In this document: positions 14,001 through 27,300 of the stretch, one piece after another
Numbering within the stretch: position 1 is the stretch's first letter
Layout of the letters: the number at the start of each line of letters is the position of its first letter
Assembly: GCF_052425735.1 (NCBI RefSeq)
Contig: NC_135767.1
Location: 20,150,001-20,214,000 of the forward strand
Direction of reading: 5' to 3'
DNA length: 64,000 nucleotides
From: Oculina patagonica
Lineage: Eukaryota
Translations under genes and position numbers: made by a program
Notes under the pieces: model-generated
Seen by the model: only the letters and a program-made list of their open reading frames with translations
Told to the model about the DNA's origin: nothing
Database searches by the model: none

Positions 14001-17000
14001 ACCCAAACAGCAGTCCAAGCCAAACGGATAAGCAAGATGCACGACTGAAATAGTTGTAATGGAAAATTTTGTGGTGAAATTGCTTAGTAATTATACTGCA
14101 AAAAACAAATGATGCCTAGCCAGCCCTTTACACTGCACTGGTCGCCAAATTGGGGACCTGTTTGGAAAATTTAGTCGCCAAATTTTCTTTTCACTCGCCA
14201 TGGCGACCAAAATGGTCGCAGCTTGAAGCGCTGAGATACTCATTTAACATTAATTTCCTTTGTATTTTCTTAATGAATTATTCATGAGTTTTTAAAGCAG
14301 CTGTTACATTGAAGATAACACCCATAGCATTTCGCTCGATCTCTACCCAAGAGTAACATAACACCGATCGACATCTTCACCTGTTATATTGAGTGAACTC
14401 AGCCATAACAGGTGTTACGGTTTATGGCCCTTCATGACAACCTTGTGGTTGGTTAATGTTTTGCCAATATTAAAGGCTTAATTTGTTGATGGTTAATTTT
14501 ATTGCAGGTTCGGTTTGTGGACTCGATTCTCAGCAACAATTCAACTGATGACCACTGCAGAGAGTTTGTTCGTCTTGGAGGATTAGAACCTTTGATCAAT
14601 ATCCTTGGTTTGCCTAACCTGCCACTGGACTTTGTGACCTCTCCTGCTTGTCAATCTGTCTCGGGTGTATGCAAATCTATCCTGGTGAGCATTTTTGTCT
14701 TAGTTTGACCAGTTTGAGCCGCAGTGACCTTATGGTTTGTGTGTCAGACTCTGGATCAAGCAGTTCGGGTTTGAGCCCTGTTGTGTTCTTAGGCAAGACA
14801 CTTTACTCTCAAAGTGCCTCTCCCCAACCAGGTGTATAAACGGGTACTGGCAGATTTACTGCTAGGGTAACTGTGTGATGGACTAGCATCTCATCCATGG
14901 GGAAGTAGAAATACTTCTAGTCCCTTATTGCTATGGAAACTGGGATAAGCTCGAGCCTGATAAGCCTCTAGGCCTGAATGCTGGCTTTACCTTGCCTTTA
15001 CCTTTTTATCACAAATTCAAGTGGGCAAGTTAAGAGATTGATGCAGATGTTTATCAGTGCTCAGCAGCTTATTAGGAATGCTACCCTTATAACCAAATCT
15101 TACAAGTCCCTACATTGTTTGTAATGAGAACGCTTGTGCACAGATGTTCTTGATTCATTGATGACAACGGAACTCAAAAATAATTATTAATGTTCTTTTC
15201 CTTGGTGCAAACAAACTGTATTATTGATTTTTTTCTAACAAAAACATAAAGTTGTAAATCCTGCGGTAACAGCTTTTCAAATCATTCGTGAGAGTGAAGA
15301 TGCACTGAAAACAAGAACATGAATTTCTCATTACCATCTGTGGTTCAAAAACGCCTGTGCTAAAGCATGACAAAGTGTTTGATAAAGTGGCAGTGTTTGA
15401 CCAGTTGCAGAATGATACAATGCTCCAAATCATGAATATTTTATTTTCATTTTTTAGATGTTATCCCATGAATCCCAAGTGTTAAAACAAGGCCTTACTC
15501 TGCTCAGTGAAGTCCTTACTTCCCTGGAACCTCTGATTTCAAGATCAGAAGGGTCTCCATTGTCTATCCTATTACATGAGGTGGTGTCGTCAGGCAGGCC
15601 TCAACAGGCCATGGCATCAGTGCAGCTGACTCCACTTTTGCATGGAATTGTAGCATGTCATGCATACATTAGCAAGTTCCTTCATGTGTGTAAAGTGGGG
15701 CAGGTAAGAGCATGCTTTGTGATGGTATCCATGGTAACAGTTATAGCAATAGCAAACAATCCTTGAGGATTTTTAGGTGTTAAGTTTCCATTCTGCAGCA
15801 GAATTTTTGACAAATTTTCTAATGTTTTGACAGTTTGACATCCGTACCTTGTGTGTGAATCACTGGGGTTCTGATCAAGGCATCAATGTACTAAAGCAAC
15901 TCGGTCAACTCTACATGTTCCTCATTTGGGAGACTATTGTGTTGGAAACCATTAGCAAATCAGAAACATCACCTGATGAAACGAAGGTTGTTGACAAAGA
16001 TCTAGAGATGCTGAGAGCATCAACATCAGCAAATCAGGAAGAACCATCAGGTAAGAATAAAAATTGTCCTGTAAAAATAAAATTATAATGTTCCACTCTA
16101 ACCCACTGCAGTGCTGTGATTTTAGGAGTTCCTTTGCATAAAAGGCTTGATGATTTCTGGTTCATTTAAATAGGAGACAGACCCAAAACGTTTTTGTGTT
16201 AATGGAAATGTAAGGTCTGTTGAGCTGGCGACACACTAGGCAATTTGATCGCCTGCAGCGATCAGCTAATAAAATCACAGATATCTGGCATGCCAGATAT
16301 CGGCAATTTTATACGCTGGTTGCAGCAATCAGCGAAAATCCCAATCGCTGCACTGGGCACACTTGGCGATTTTCACTGATCGGAGCGATTGGCGATAAAA
16401 TCGCCAAGTGTGTCGCCAAGGGAATGAGATGAGCAATGGCTCATCAGTGTTGACACTCAACTTCAGCTTCCATCACATAAAATGACTTCAAGTCCATCAT
16501 AGGTTACATGTTCCTCCCAGCATTTGGTTGGTTGCGCCTTACTCTGGATGGCAAGAGGCACTGTGAGAGTAAACAATCCGGCCCAAGAACGCAGCAGAAT
16601 ATATCCAGCTGAGGCTCAAACCTGGGTCTCTCATGATTGAAAGTCCAGTGCACTAGCCATTGCACTAAACATTAAGCCACAGTAGTGACTCCCATGCAAA
16701 TAACCTATAAAATTGAAAAGAATTAATGGTCAGTGAAAGAAGTATTAAAGGGAATTGAGCTACAACTGAGTTGTGAGCAAGAGCAGCATCATAATTAATT
16801 TGATATTATTTTTGTTTCAGTTTCAGGGCAAACACCTGAAGGCAGTCCAGCAATAACAGTGACAAATGACAAGGAAGGAAGCAGTGAAACTACAAATGCA
16901 AAGTCCAGTCTTCTTCCTGAACAGCAAAGAATTATAAAACAACTTCTGCAGACATCAACTGCTCTTGGCAGAGCCTTGTCAGACCTGTTTGTCCTTCTTG

Positions 17001-18319
17001 TAAAGTTAAGCGTTGGATCAGCTCAGCGACAGCGGCGAGCACCACACACTGCAGCCACGCCTGGTCTTCCGACCCTCCCAGCACGTCATGTTGCTTTACA
17101 GCTAAGCAAACTGCTGAAGGATGCACTGATTTGGCAGGGTCTCCCCAGTAATACTTCAGTGCCCAAACTAAGGTACAAGTACTGCAAGAAAATTAACCAT
17201 TATTTATATATTCAGAGTTTGTATAAGTCATAGAAAACCTGGGAAGTCATGGCATTTTAGAATTTCATTTTCCAGTCCTGGAAAGTTGTGGAATTTAAGA
17301 GTGGGTCATGGAAAGTCATGGAAAATGGTATTGATTGTACAAAAAATTAGGCAGGTTATTATTTTTGAAAATTTCCAAGAAAAATGGTCAAATTTAGGTC
17401 ATGGAAAACTTTGAAAGGCATTGAAAAGGTTATAGAAAGTCATGGAGTTTTACAAGCTCAAAAGAGTATGAATCCTGATATTGCTTTAGCTGATTCCAAC
17501 TTGTCATAAAGGCAGAAGGTTTTAATATGGGCCTCTCTTTTTCTTGTGTGTGCGTGTGTTTATGTATAACTAAGCATAAAAAATACCAACTTTGTAATTT
17601 CGTTTTGAAAGATGAAATAAAAGGTGTAAAAAAGTAGACCAAAACAATTAACTTATTCTATAAGCTGCCCTCTTCGTGCAGAGCACAATCTGAACCTTCA
17701 CGTCTGATCAATTTTATGCTCATTTATTGTAGGTTTCACTTCCATATGTGTATTGTTGGCTTTGCTTCACGCCTGCTGTTTGATGATAAGAAGAACCCTT
17801 ATCATTTGATGCTGCAACAACTTGTCATGTCTGGGGCACACAACAGCCTTTTCTCGTAAGTCAGATTCAAACCTGAGTTTTTTTTTCCTCTTGAAATTAC
17901 TTCCTCATGTACTATTATGCTTCTTCTCTATCCTTCTATTGATCTTCTCCTCCCCCAACTCCCCTGTTTGTCTGTCTGCCTGTCTGGCTGTCTGTCTTTA
18001 TGTACAGTGTATAGGTGCCATTGGGCAAGTTGATAAAATTTCAATGGTGTAGACCCAGGGGGGGTACTCCGGCTTGTAAATGACGGGGTTGATCGAAGGA
18101 TTTTTTTGGGTTTGAAATTTTCGAGTCCGGGATTTTTTTGGGTTGGAAAATTTGGCAAGTATTTTTTGGGGGGTGACTTGATTTAAATAGGGGAAAGTGC
18201 CTTGGCGGGGCCTTGGCGAATTTATGGTATGATAAATAAACAAACACGAGCGTTCAATTTTTTATCATTTTCTTTGTGTTATATTTTTGCCCCTCCTGGC
18301 AATTAAGGGGTAATTTGAC

Positions 18320-18353
<34 letters not shown>

Positions 18354-21300
18354 GGGGGGGGGGGGGCTATTTTTTGGTCCAGGGATTTTTTTGGGTAATG
18401 TCGGAAGACTTAGGGATTTTTTGGGGTCCTGAGTTTTGCCTCCATTCGATCATCCCCGTCATTTACAAGCCGGAGTACCCCCCTGGGGGTGTAGACTGCT
18501 GTCAGTTATAGACTGTTTAGCGTTGCTGCCTGATGATTCACCAAGCTAAGACAAATGATTTGCATTTTCTTCTTGATCAACATTTTCTTTGTTTGTATGG
18601 CTGCTTCAGGTTGTTAAAGGTCATATTGAGTGAGGACAGCAAAGCACCCATGAATGAAAGCTTAAGTCAGTCATGTTTTCAAGGTAAGGATTAGTGTAGG
18701 GATATCCATTATATTACTATGTAACTTGTAGCAGGTTTTCGAGGAATTAGAATTATTATTAGGGTCAGTCGCAATGGCCAGTTTCCTCTATCAGACGCGT
18801 CTGCACAGAATCGTGGTAGTTGTATTCAGTAAAACATGCACAAGACTTGAATGAATACAACTTGAATACAACTACCCGGGGGGGGGGGTACTCCATATAA
18901 CGGCCTATACGGGGGAGGCTCCGCCCGAAAGGGGTACCTTTTTCAGGCTTCAGGTATATAAAAGGGTAGGTATTTCACGAGTTTAAGTATATGAAAGGGT
19001 ATGGAAATCTGTCATTTGGCTATTTAAAAGGGCATTAAATTAAAATATTTCGAACAGACGCAATTTATGGCTGTATTATTTTAATTTATTAAGCGTTACA
19101 TAAAAATGACAAGAAAACGTGCTATTTTAAGTCCACGCCATGTCTCTTAGGTATATGAAAGGGGTACCTTTTTTCAGTTAAAGGTATACGAAAGGGGTAC
19201 AATTTCTGTCAAAAATGGTATAATTATAAAAGGGTAAGGGGTTAGAACTTGGGGCGGAGCCTCCCCGTATAAAACTTTTTGGAGTACCCCCCCGGGCAAC
19301 TACCATGATTTCCTGCAGGCGTGTCTCATAGACCAGGGTACATTAAGTGTACACACCACTCTGAAGATATGCCAAGTTTTTTTTATAGGTCTACACCAAG
19401 GTCCTTTATTATTCATAACTACCGTATTTATTCGATTAAGCGCCCAACCTCGAATAAGTGCCCACCTCGAATAAGCACCCACCCTGTATGTAGGAAAAGT
19501 TTATAAGCGCCCACCCCCACCCCGCTTAAAAGAGGGCACAAGAGGAATTTTGATTATTATTAAAGTTGAGAGTGAAATTGACTGCGTACTGCTAATAGAA
19601 GACCCCAAAGGCCAAGTTTTTTGTACTTTTTTAACAAAACTTTCAATGAACAGTTAAAATTTAGCTTTGGTGCATCTTCACGTTTAGTTATTATACATTT
19701 TTTTCTTGCAAAATAAATGTACTAGCTAAAATGGTGAGAATTTAATTAGCGCCCACCTCGAATAAGTGCCCACTCTCAAAGTCCAAAAATTTAATAAGCA
19801 CCTAGGGCGCTTAATCGAATAAATACGGTAAAATAAGTCGTCTGCTTGCCAGATAAAAGGTGCCGCCTACAATCGTACGCCAGTACACCACGCAATTTGG
19901 AAATCCACGCCGAAGATCTTTGGCGTAACCTATGTAGAATGCAGCCTGTTTCATAGAGGAAATTGGGCATTTTTCCTTTGGGCAAAGACAAAGCTATTAG
20001 GACTTCAAAGCACATTAACAAACATATAAGGACTTCAAAGCATATTAGGACTTCATCTCGGGGAATAGTCACCACGATTCACTTCACCTTTGGTGAATAA
20101 TTGTTAAATGTACCAACAAATTCCCGAGACTAACATTTATTGAACTAATATTTTTGGACTTGTAACTGAAATGGTGAACTGGTAAGTGTCAAGAACTAAA
20201 CTTCTTTCTTTTTGTCTTTAGCTGGCTCACAGGAATTGTTGGACTCGTGGTTAACACTGATCAGTAGACTGGCAAATTCGGAAACCCTGATGGACTCTCC
20301 ACACAGCCTTCCTCCAACATCTACTGCACCCAGCTTTGTGCCATTTAACCCTGTCCTTTTCCTTGTTGCAACACAAAAGGTAGGTTGAACTCAAAGGATT
20401 ATTTTTATCTTTGTCTTGGTGAAAGATGTAGTTAGGGCTTGCACCTTGCCATTCTCTATGTGCCATGTTCTTCGCAAAGTAGTGGGGGCTTAATAATTAG
20501 AGTAAATGACTCTGCATTGTCGGTATCTACTTCTCACATGTTTTGTTGTGGGTTTTGTTCGTTTAACCAATGCAACATAAATTTAAACCAGTTAGTTGCA
20601 TCGTTGGATTGCCTGGGTTTTTTTTATTCAGATATATCCTGGACTAAACTGGTACATATTAACTTGTACATGCACTTTCGTGCTCACTCTCTCCCTCCTC
20701 CCTCCTTCATTCACTCCTTCACCTGCTCACTCACTCACACAGTTCTTTTGCTCACTGGGTCACTCCTGACTCACACTCACTCAGTTACTTTCTCCCTTGC
20801 TCCTGCTTCATCCCTCCTTTCTCCCCTTCTCTTTCCTTCCTCCCTCTCTCCCTCCCTGACTGCCTTCCTGCTTCCCCTCCAAATCCCTCTGTCCATCCTT
20901 ACTTGTTTTCTTCTTTTTATGTGCTATATTATACATTTCTTTATGTGCACTGTCAGTTGTATATCATCATCATCACCATCACCATCATTTATTAGCCACT
21001 TTAAAATTGAAAACTAGCAAAAACTATGTTAGGTAAGGCGTGGAAACCTCCAAGAAACAACCAGGCTTATAAGGGAGGCCACCTCAGTTACCAATGTGTT
21101 AGAAATTTAGTTGTGGATTTCACAAGTTCGCTCTTGCCTTCATTTCCTCTTTTACAGAAAGCATTCTCGGCAGTCCAACAACTCTGGGGACAAAAACTTC
21201 CCAAAGAGTATGGTCCACACATGGCTGAGTCAATGCTGGCCATCCTGTACCACATCATAAAGGGCGAGGCTGTTATCAAAGAGAAGCTGGGACCTGCACC

Positions 21301-24300
21301 AGAGAGCGCGTCATCTACCAGCAGCTCCTCTACTGCGGCAGCAGCAGTGGCAAGACCACCTGATGAGCCTGCACACGCCCAACCTGAGATTAACATGCGG
21401 CATTTACAACAGGTACAGCTGCATTCATTTATTCTCTAGCTCCTGTATTCAAGCTTTATACATGCAGTACATTTTACAGTGTAACTTTTGAGCCTGCAGA
21501 TCAGGTCCATGCGTGACCATCCGGCATTTAGATGAAAGCTTCTGGGCCACATCTTGTACTGTTTATTATGTTATGAAATTGAATGTTTGACCATTCAAAT
21601 GAAAGATATTTAGCTTCCTTTCTGTGGTGCTGTTTATTATGATTTACAAGTTGGTTTTAAGTCTGAGAATGAAACCCAAGTGTGCGGCCATTCACATGAA
21701 ACCTGTTGGCAATACCCACAGTGTTATTCTTGAAAGTTACATTTGACATAAATTATATAATGGCTTTCTCAACAATCAGCCAACTGTTTGTTTAGTTTAT
21801 AGACATGGGTTTCACTCATGAACATGCCAGACTGGCCCTGTTGAGCACAGGGAGCCTTGAGGAGGCAACTGATTACATCTTGACTCACCCTCCACCACCG
21901 CCTGCTAGGGTAGGTATCATGTTGTTCATAAACCAGTCATTTTGGCATTATGCCTAAAATTAATTGTTTGTTTTTGCCTTCCCTGGGGATTTTTTCCAGG
22001 TTCTTTACTAGCTCAAGGTGCAGGCTAAGGTTTGGGGCTGTTTATGCGAGTGACAAACCTCTCACTCATAAGGCCCCATAGTGCTTACAGGCTAGTTCCA
22101 CAGTTTCATGTCCACACTGAAGCGAGATCTTCTAAAGTTGCCTCACAGGCAATTCTATAAGGGCTACTGAAATAAAGCTCTGAAAATTAAATATCTAAGC
22201 TACATTTCGCTCTAAATATCTCAATAAAGTTTAATGAAACGTTTATTGACTCATGTGTTGTATTTCTTCGCCTGCGCGGGCCGTTTTAAGATAGTTATAA
22301 AGGCGCTTAAAATGCCCCGCGCAGGCGAAGAAATACAACACGAGTCAATAAACATTTCATTAAACTTTATTGAGATATTTAGAACATAATGTAGTTAGAT
22401 ATTTAATTTCTAGAGCTTTATTTCAGTAGCCCTTATAGATTTCAAAATTTCTTTTGTTCGTCCCATGTCACCAACAATAATTAACCACGAACACATAGGG
22501 TGGTCTGCCTGTGGTTGCCTTATGCCACTTTGATTCAGCTGATCTAACACTGCAAGGGAATACTGGTTGCTTCATGTTCCAGCCAAGCAAATTCTTTCTC
22601 CTCTAACCAAACCCTTACCCTTAGTACTTGTGTGTACCAGCCCTTAGTGGGAGGCGCAGTGGCCATATGATTAGCGCTTAAGACTCTGGATTGAACAGTC
22701 CAGGTTCGAACCCTGGCCCGGGTCACTGCATTGTGTTCTTGGGCAAGACACTTTACTCTCATAGTGCCTCTCTCCACCCAGGTGTATAAATGGGTACTGG
22801 TGGAATAAAGCTGCTGGGTATCCTGCAGTGGGCTAACATCCCATCAATGGCCCGTTTCTCGAAAGTCCAGGAAACTTTTCGAGCCCGTAAAGCAATTTTT
22901 AATTATCTGTATCTCAAAAACAGAGAAGCGTATACGAGTGAAACTTTGTATGTAGGGAACCTCTGGTCATATTTTAAATATGCGAATAAAAGTCAGCTCT
23001 GAAATCACAAGGTTTAAGAATTTGCTATGGCTTTCCGGGTGCAAAAACTTTTCGGGACCTTCGAGAAACGGGCCTCAGGGGAGAGTAGAAATATTCCTAG
23101 CTGCTTAATGCTACAGAAACTGTGATAAGCTCCGGCATTATGGGCCACTTGGCTCAAGACTTACCTATTTACCAGCCCTAAGGAATTCATTACTTAAGAT
23201 TTGATGCTGCTTGTGCTGTCTTGAATCACTACTATCTTTGGTTGACTGTTATCCAGTTCTTTACCTCCAAATTCAAACCCAAGTCCTGGTGTTGAACTAC
23301 ATCGTCTGATTTTTCTTATTAGGAGCTTGGTTTGGATTATGACATGTTAGAAGAAGATCAAATGATGCGGGCCATAGCTATGTCCCTTGGACAAGACATA
23401 ACAAGTGCCCCTGCTGATGATCAGGTATAATAATCAAGTTCTTTTATGACCAAAAATTAAAATGTCTCCCTATGCTTACATTAGGTTTGGAAAAGCTGTG
23501 AGCTTTGTTATTAAGAAATTCGAAATTGAGATTTGGTGATTCATCCAGTTTTATTTTTAGAAGCAGACATTGTCAGATTTGAAGAATTTCATAGGACAGT
23601 CAACTCTCTCTAAAAGGGACACCTTCGGGACCGGCTCCAACTGTCCGTCTTAGAGAGGTGTCTGTCTTATAGGGAGTTTAGTTACAGTAGAATTACTGAA
23701 AAACAGCAGGGACAGGACCAACACCAGGTGTCCGTCTTATGGCGGTGTCCATCTTATAGAGGTGCCCGTTAATTATAAAAGAGAGTTGACTGCATATTAT
23801 GGGGCCAAGTTTTCTGTGTGCAACAGAAGAAGCATTGTCGGTATCTGCAGCTCCATATCTTATTGTGGGGTTGTTCGTAAAACCAATGCAATATTAACAC
23901 ACCAGCATTTCTGCATCGTTGGATTGCTTGTCATACATTGCAGGTATATCCTGGACTAAGCTGGCACATAAAAAAATGTATTCTCCTTATTGGTTGACTT
24001 ATTTTAGGTTGAGTAGCTCAGGGCTCATATGAATGGCTTGCTACTCTGCGAACAAGACGAACAATGCTCCTAGCCCCCTAAAACAATAGCAACTGCTACA
24101 CTAGAGAATCAGCAGAATTACCAGCTTACAAAAACTGCTACAGTACTGCTTATATTCTGTATTTTTCATAGCAAGGTAGACATGTACAATTCAGATGTGA
24201 CTTAATACTTTAAGACCCTGACACTCTACTAACTTGTGTTTAGCCTGCTGCTGCTGCTACCGATGCTCCCTCTGGTGCTACTGGTGATGCCACCACTTCT

Positions 24301-27300
24301 ACTCCTGCTGCGACAACTACCCCAAAAACACAGAAGAAGGAAGAAGAGCCTATGGAGGATAAATCAAAAGAAGAAAAAGACAGAGATGATTCAATTCCAC
24401 TGGAGAAGACTGTGCTAGATCAGTTTACTGCCGACATGCTGCAGGGCTGTCTTGAAGTGTTGACTGGAATGCCTGCAACGGTGTTTAAAGCCTGTGATGT
24501 TCTCTCTGTGGTGGCTCAACGTAATGGAGAGGGGTGGAAGGAGAATACAATGATGCACATTCTAAAACAGGTGCTGTGCTTTTTCCTTGCATTAATTTTT
24601 TTAACCTTGAAAAACGGGTTTAAAGCCTGTCGTTGATTGATTTCAGGTTAATGAATTGTTGAATTCACCAGTAAAAATAATTTGATTTTTCTTACCAGTA
24701 AAAAAAAAAGGATTTTTTGTTACCAGTGAAAATGCTTTGATTCTGATTTTTCTTTTCTTTGTTTTTTTTACTGTTGTATTCTTGGTTTTTGATGGTGGTA
24801 CTCTTACTTTTCTTCAGGTTACAACAGACATTGGAACCGTTTTGAAATCCTGTACTAATCAAACTGCCGACACCAAGCAACTTGAGGAAAGTATGTCACA
24901 GATGAATGGCATGGCTGAAGCGGCACGTTTGTCGTCACTTTTACATCTCACGTGCTTGTTATTTGAGGTACGTAGTTTACCAGTATATGATAACTACATG
25001 CAGTTGTTGAATAATTATTGTGATTAAAAATTAAACACATCTCCTTTTCCCAATGCTTTTGTTTAACAGGAGAAGAAATTTCAATGTGAAGCCATCATTG
25101 AGAAGTTTGGCATCCTAAACTCGTTGCTAGAGCTGCTTGAACTGTGCCAGGCAAATCTTGTACAGATCAAGTTGATGGGAAGCAAAGCTACTACACCAGT
25201 GTATGTATTCATCTCTTTCAAAAACAATGTTTATTGCAGAAAAAATTGTTCGGCAGGTTATTTTTGATGTGTGAAGCTCTGCTGGCACTAGGCATCCTGA
25301 AGTGTTGATTCTCATTGTGTACTTAAAAAGAAGTTGATTAGTAATTTCCTACATTTCTGTTTCTCATGCAGATGGTTGTCTCCACTTATACTTTTTTTGG
25401 ACACCCACGAGAAAATGGCAGTCACTACTAAGAGAAAACAACTTCATGACAAGGTAGAGGAACATTAACAAGTTAACATCAGTCTTCATGCATAGAGCTG
25501 CCATCCCCTCCTGACGGTTATTAATTTTACATGTCATACTCAACTCATAATCCTCTTCGCACCTAAGAGGCACATAAGGCCGAGACTAGGGTTTACACGT
25601 AGTATGGCCTTTATTGTGGTCAACCAGTCTCTAGACAGAGTACCAATCCCATGTTTGCCCAAAATTCTTGCAGGAGTCGTGAACCTCCACAAAGGGCCAA
25701 CAGACACATGACACACTGAAATTAATGGTTCCAGGTAGTAGGGTGGGAGATCCTTTTGATTCAAGCAAATAAGATTGGCACTATGTGTCCAAAGGCAGTT
25801 ACTCCCACATACACTTATACAGTTCTGTATAATCCTGATTCATCGACCCCCAGTTTCTTAAAACTCCCGAACCAATTTTTGTTCCCCTTGGACAGTTCCC
25901 TCTCTACTGGCCCTTCTGTATGTCCAGATAGTAATCCAGTCTGTACTTGAGCCAACAAGCTGTTGATACACACTGAAAGCTATAAAATTAATGCTCATGC
26001 GTAGCTATTTGTTGATGAACATATTTTTAAACGGCATTAACTGCATAATGTTCTCAGTGTATTTTTTTTTTATGTTTTAACATGCTGATAAATTGCCACT
26101 GTTTTTTTTTTAATATAGTGCACTACTCATGCCTGGAAATGGTTTGATGACCGGAGTGGTCGCTGGTACAACTACAATGTCAACAACAATACAACCATTG
26201 ACACAGCATACAGAAATGGAGATTCACGAGTCAGGTAATTTGTAATGTTCAGTGCAGTCACCTCTCTTTAAATGAGCAACCTTATAAAAGGGCATCTTTC
26301 ACAAAGAATCACAATAATTTGAAAATATCTCATGTCAGTTGGAGGCGCGGTGGCCTAATGGTTAATGGTTAGCCTTGGCGGAGTCACTTTGTTGTGTTCT
26401 TGGGCAAGACACTTTACTCTCATGGTGCCTCTCTCAGAAGTATAAATGGGTACCGGCGACATAAATGCGGGGGGTGGGATCCTGCAATGGACTTGCATCA
26501 GATACAGGGAGGAGTAGAAAAATTCCTAGCCGCTTAATGCTATGGAAACTGGGATAAGCTATGGCAGTGTGGGCCACATGGCTTGTGGCCTACCCCTTCA
26601 TGTATGTAGTTAGGCTAACTGTAACTTACTTCATTTCTCAAGGTTTATGGCAGGAAGACGACGTTATTTGGTTAACTTTTCCACCATGGTTCAGGTAAGT
26701 TTTTTTCTTGGTTATTGGTTCATAACCCTTCTTAGAGTGGCACTTGATGTTCCTATTCCTTAAACTATGTTGCACTGTGCTGTGTTGCAGGTAAATGAAG
26801 ACTCAGGCAATAGACGTCCTATAATGCTGGAGGCAGTCGACAACTCCAGTAATGGTGCTTCAACAGGCAGAAGAGATGGCGCAGAGAGCTCATCAAGCCG
26901 CACTTCTGTTACTGGTGGTAAAGGAAGTGGGGATGATTCTCAGAGCTCCTCCCAGGGGAAGCCTAGCAAGAAAGCAAAGAAAGATAAACAAGACAAAGAT
27001 AGCCCAGGTAACAATTTTTTGTGTTGATTTGTAATCGTAAAAGTTCCACGACACAAACAGCTCATTTGCAATCCGTGTTAATCTTTGTTTATCTTAACCA
27101 GCCTTGTTTTTTTTTTTTGGTTTATTTTTACTCCTTTGGTGTTTCTCTACCTTAGTAAACTCAGTGTTCGTATGGGTCCTGGAAAACCTGGAAAGTCCTG
27201 AAATTTTATTGTGGCACTTTCCAGGACTGGAAAGTCTTGGAAAAAGACAACTGGCCCTGGAGAGCTTTCAAAACTAACATTATAAGAAATGTATGGCAGA

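Noticed and set aside
20439-21017. 192-aa ORF
   Set aside because: Runs through the snoRNA and a CT-rich low-complexity tract that lacks stops.
25731-25752. let-7-like string AGGTAGTAGG (vertebrate HUWE1 hosts let-7f-2/miR-98)
   Set aside because: Seed mismatched, 3' half unrelated, lies within a probable retroelement, and let-7 is not known from cnidarians.
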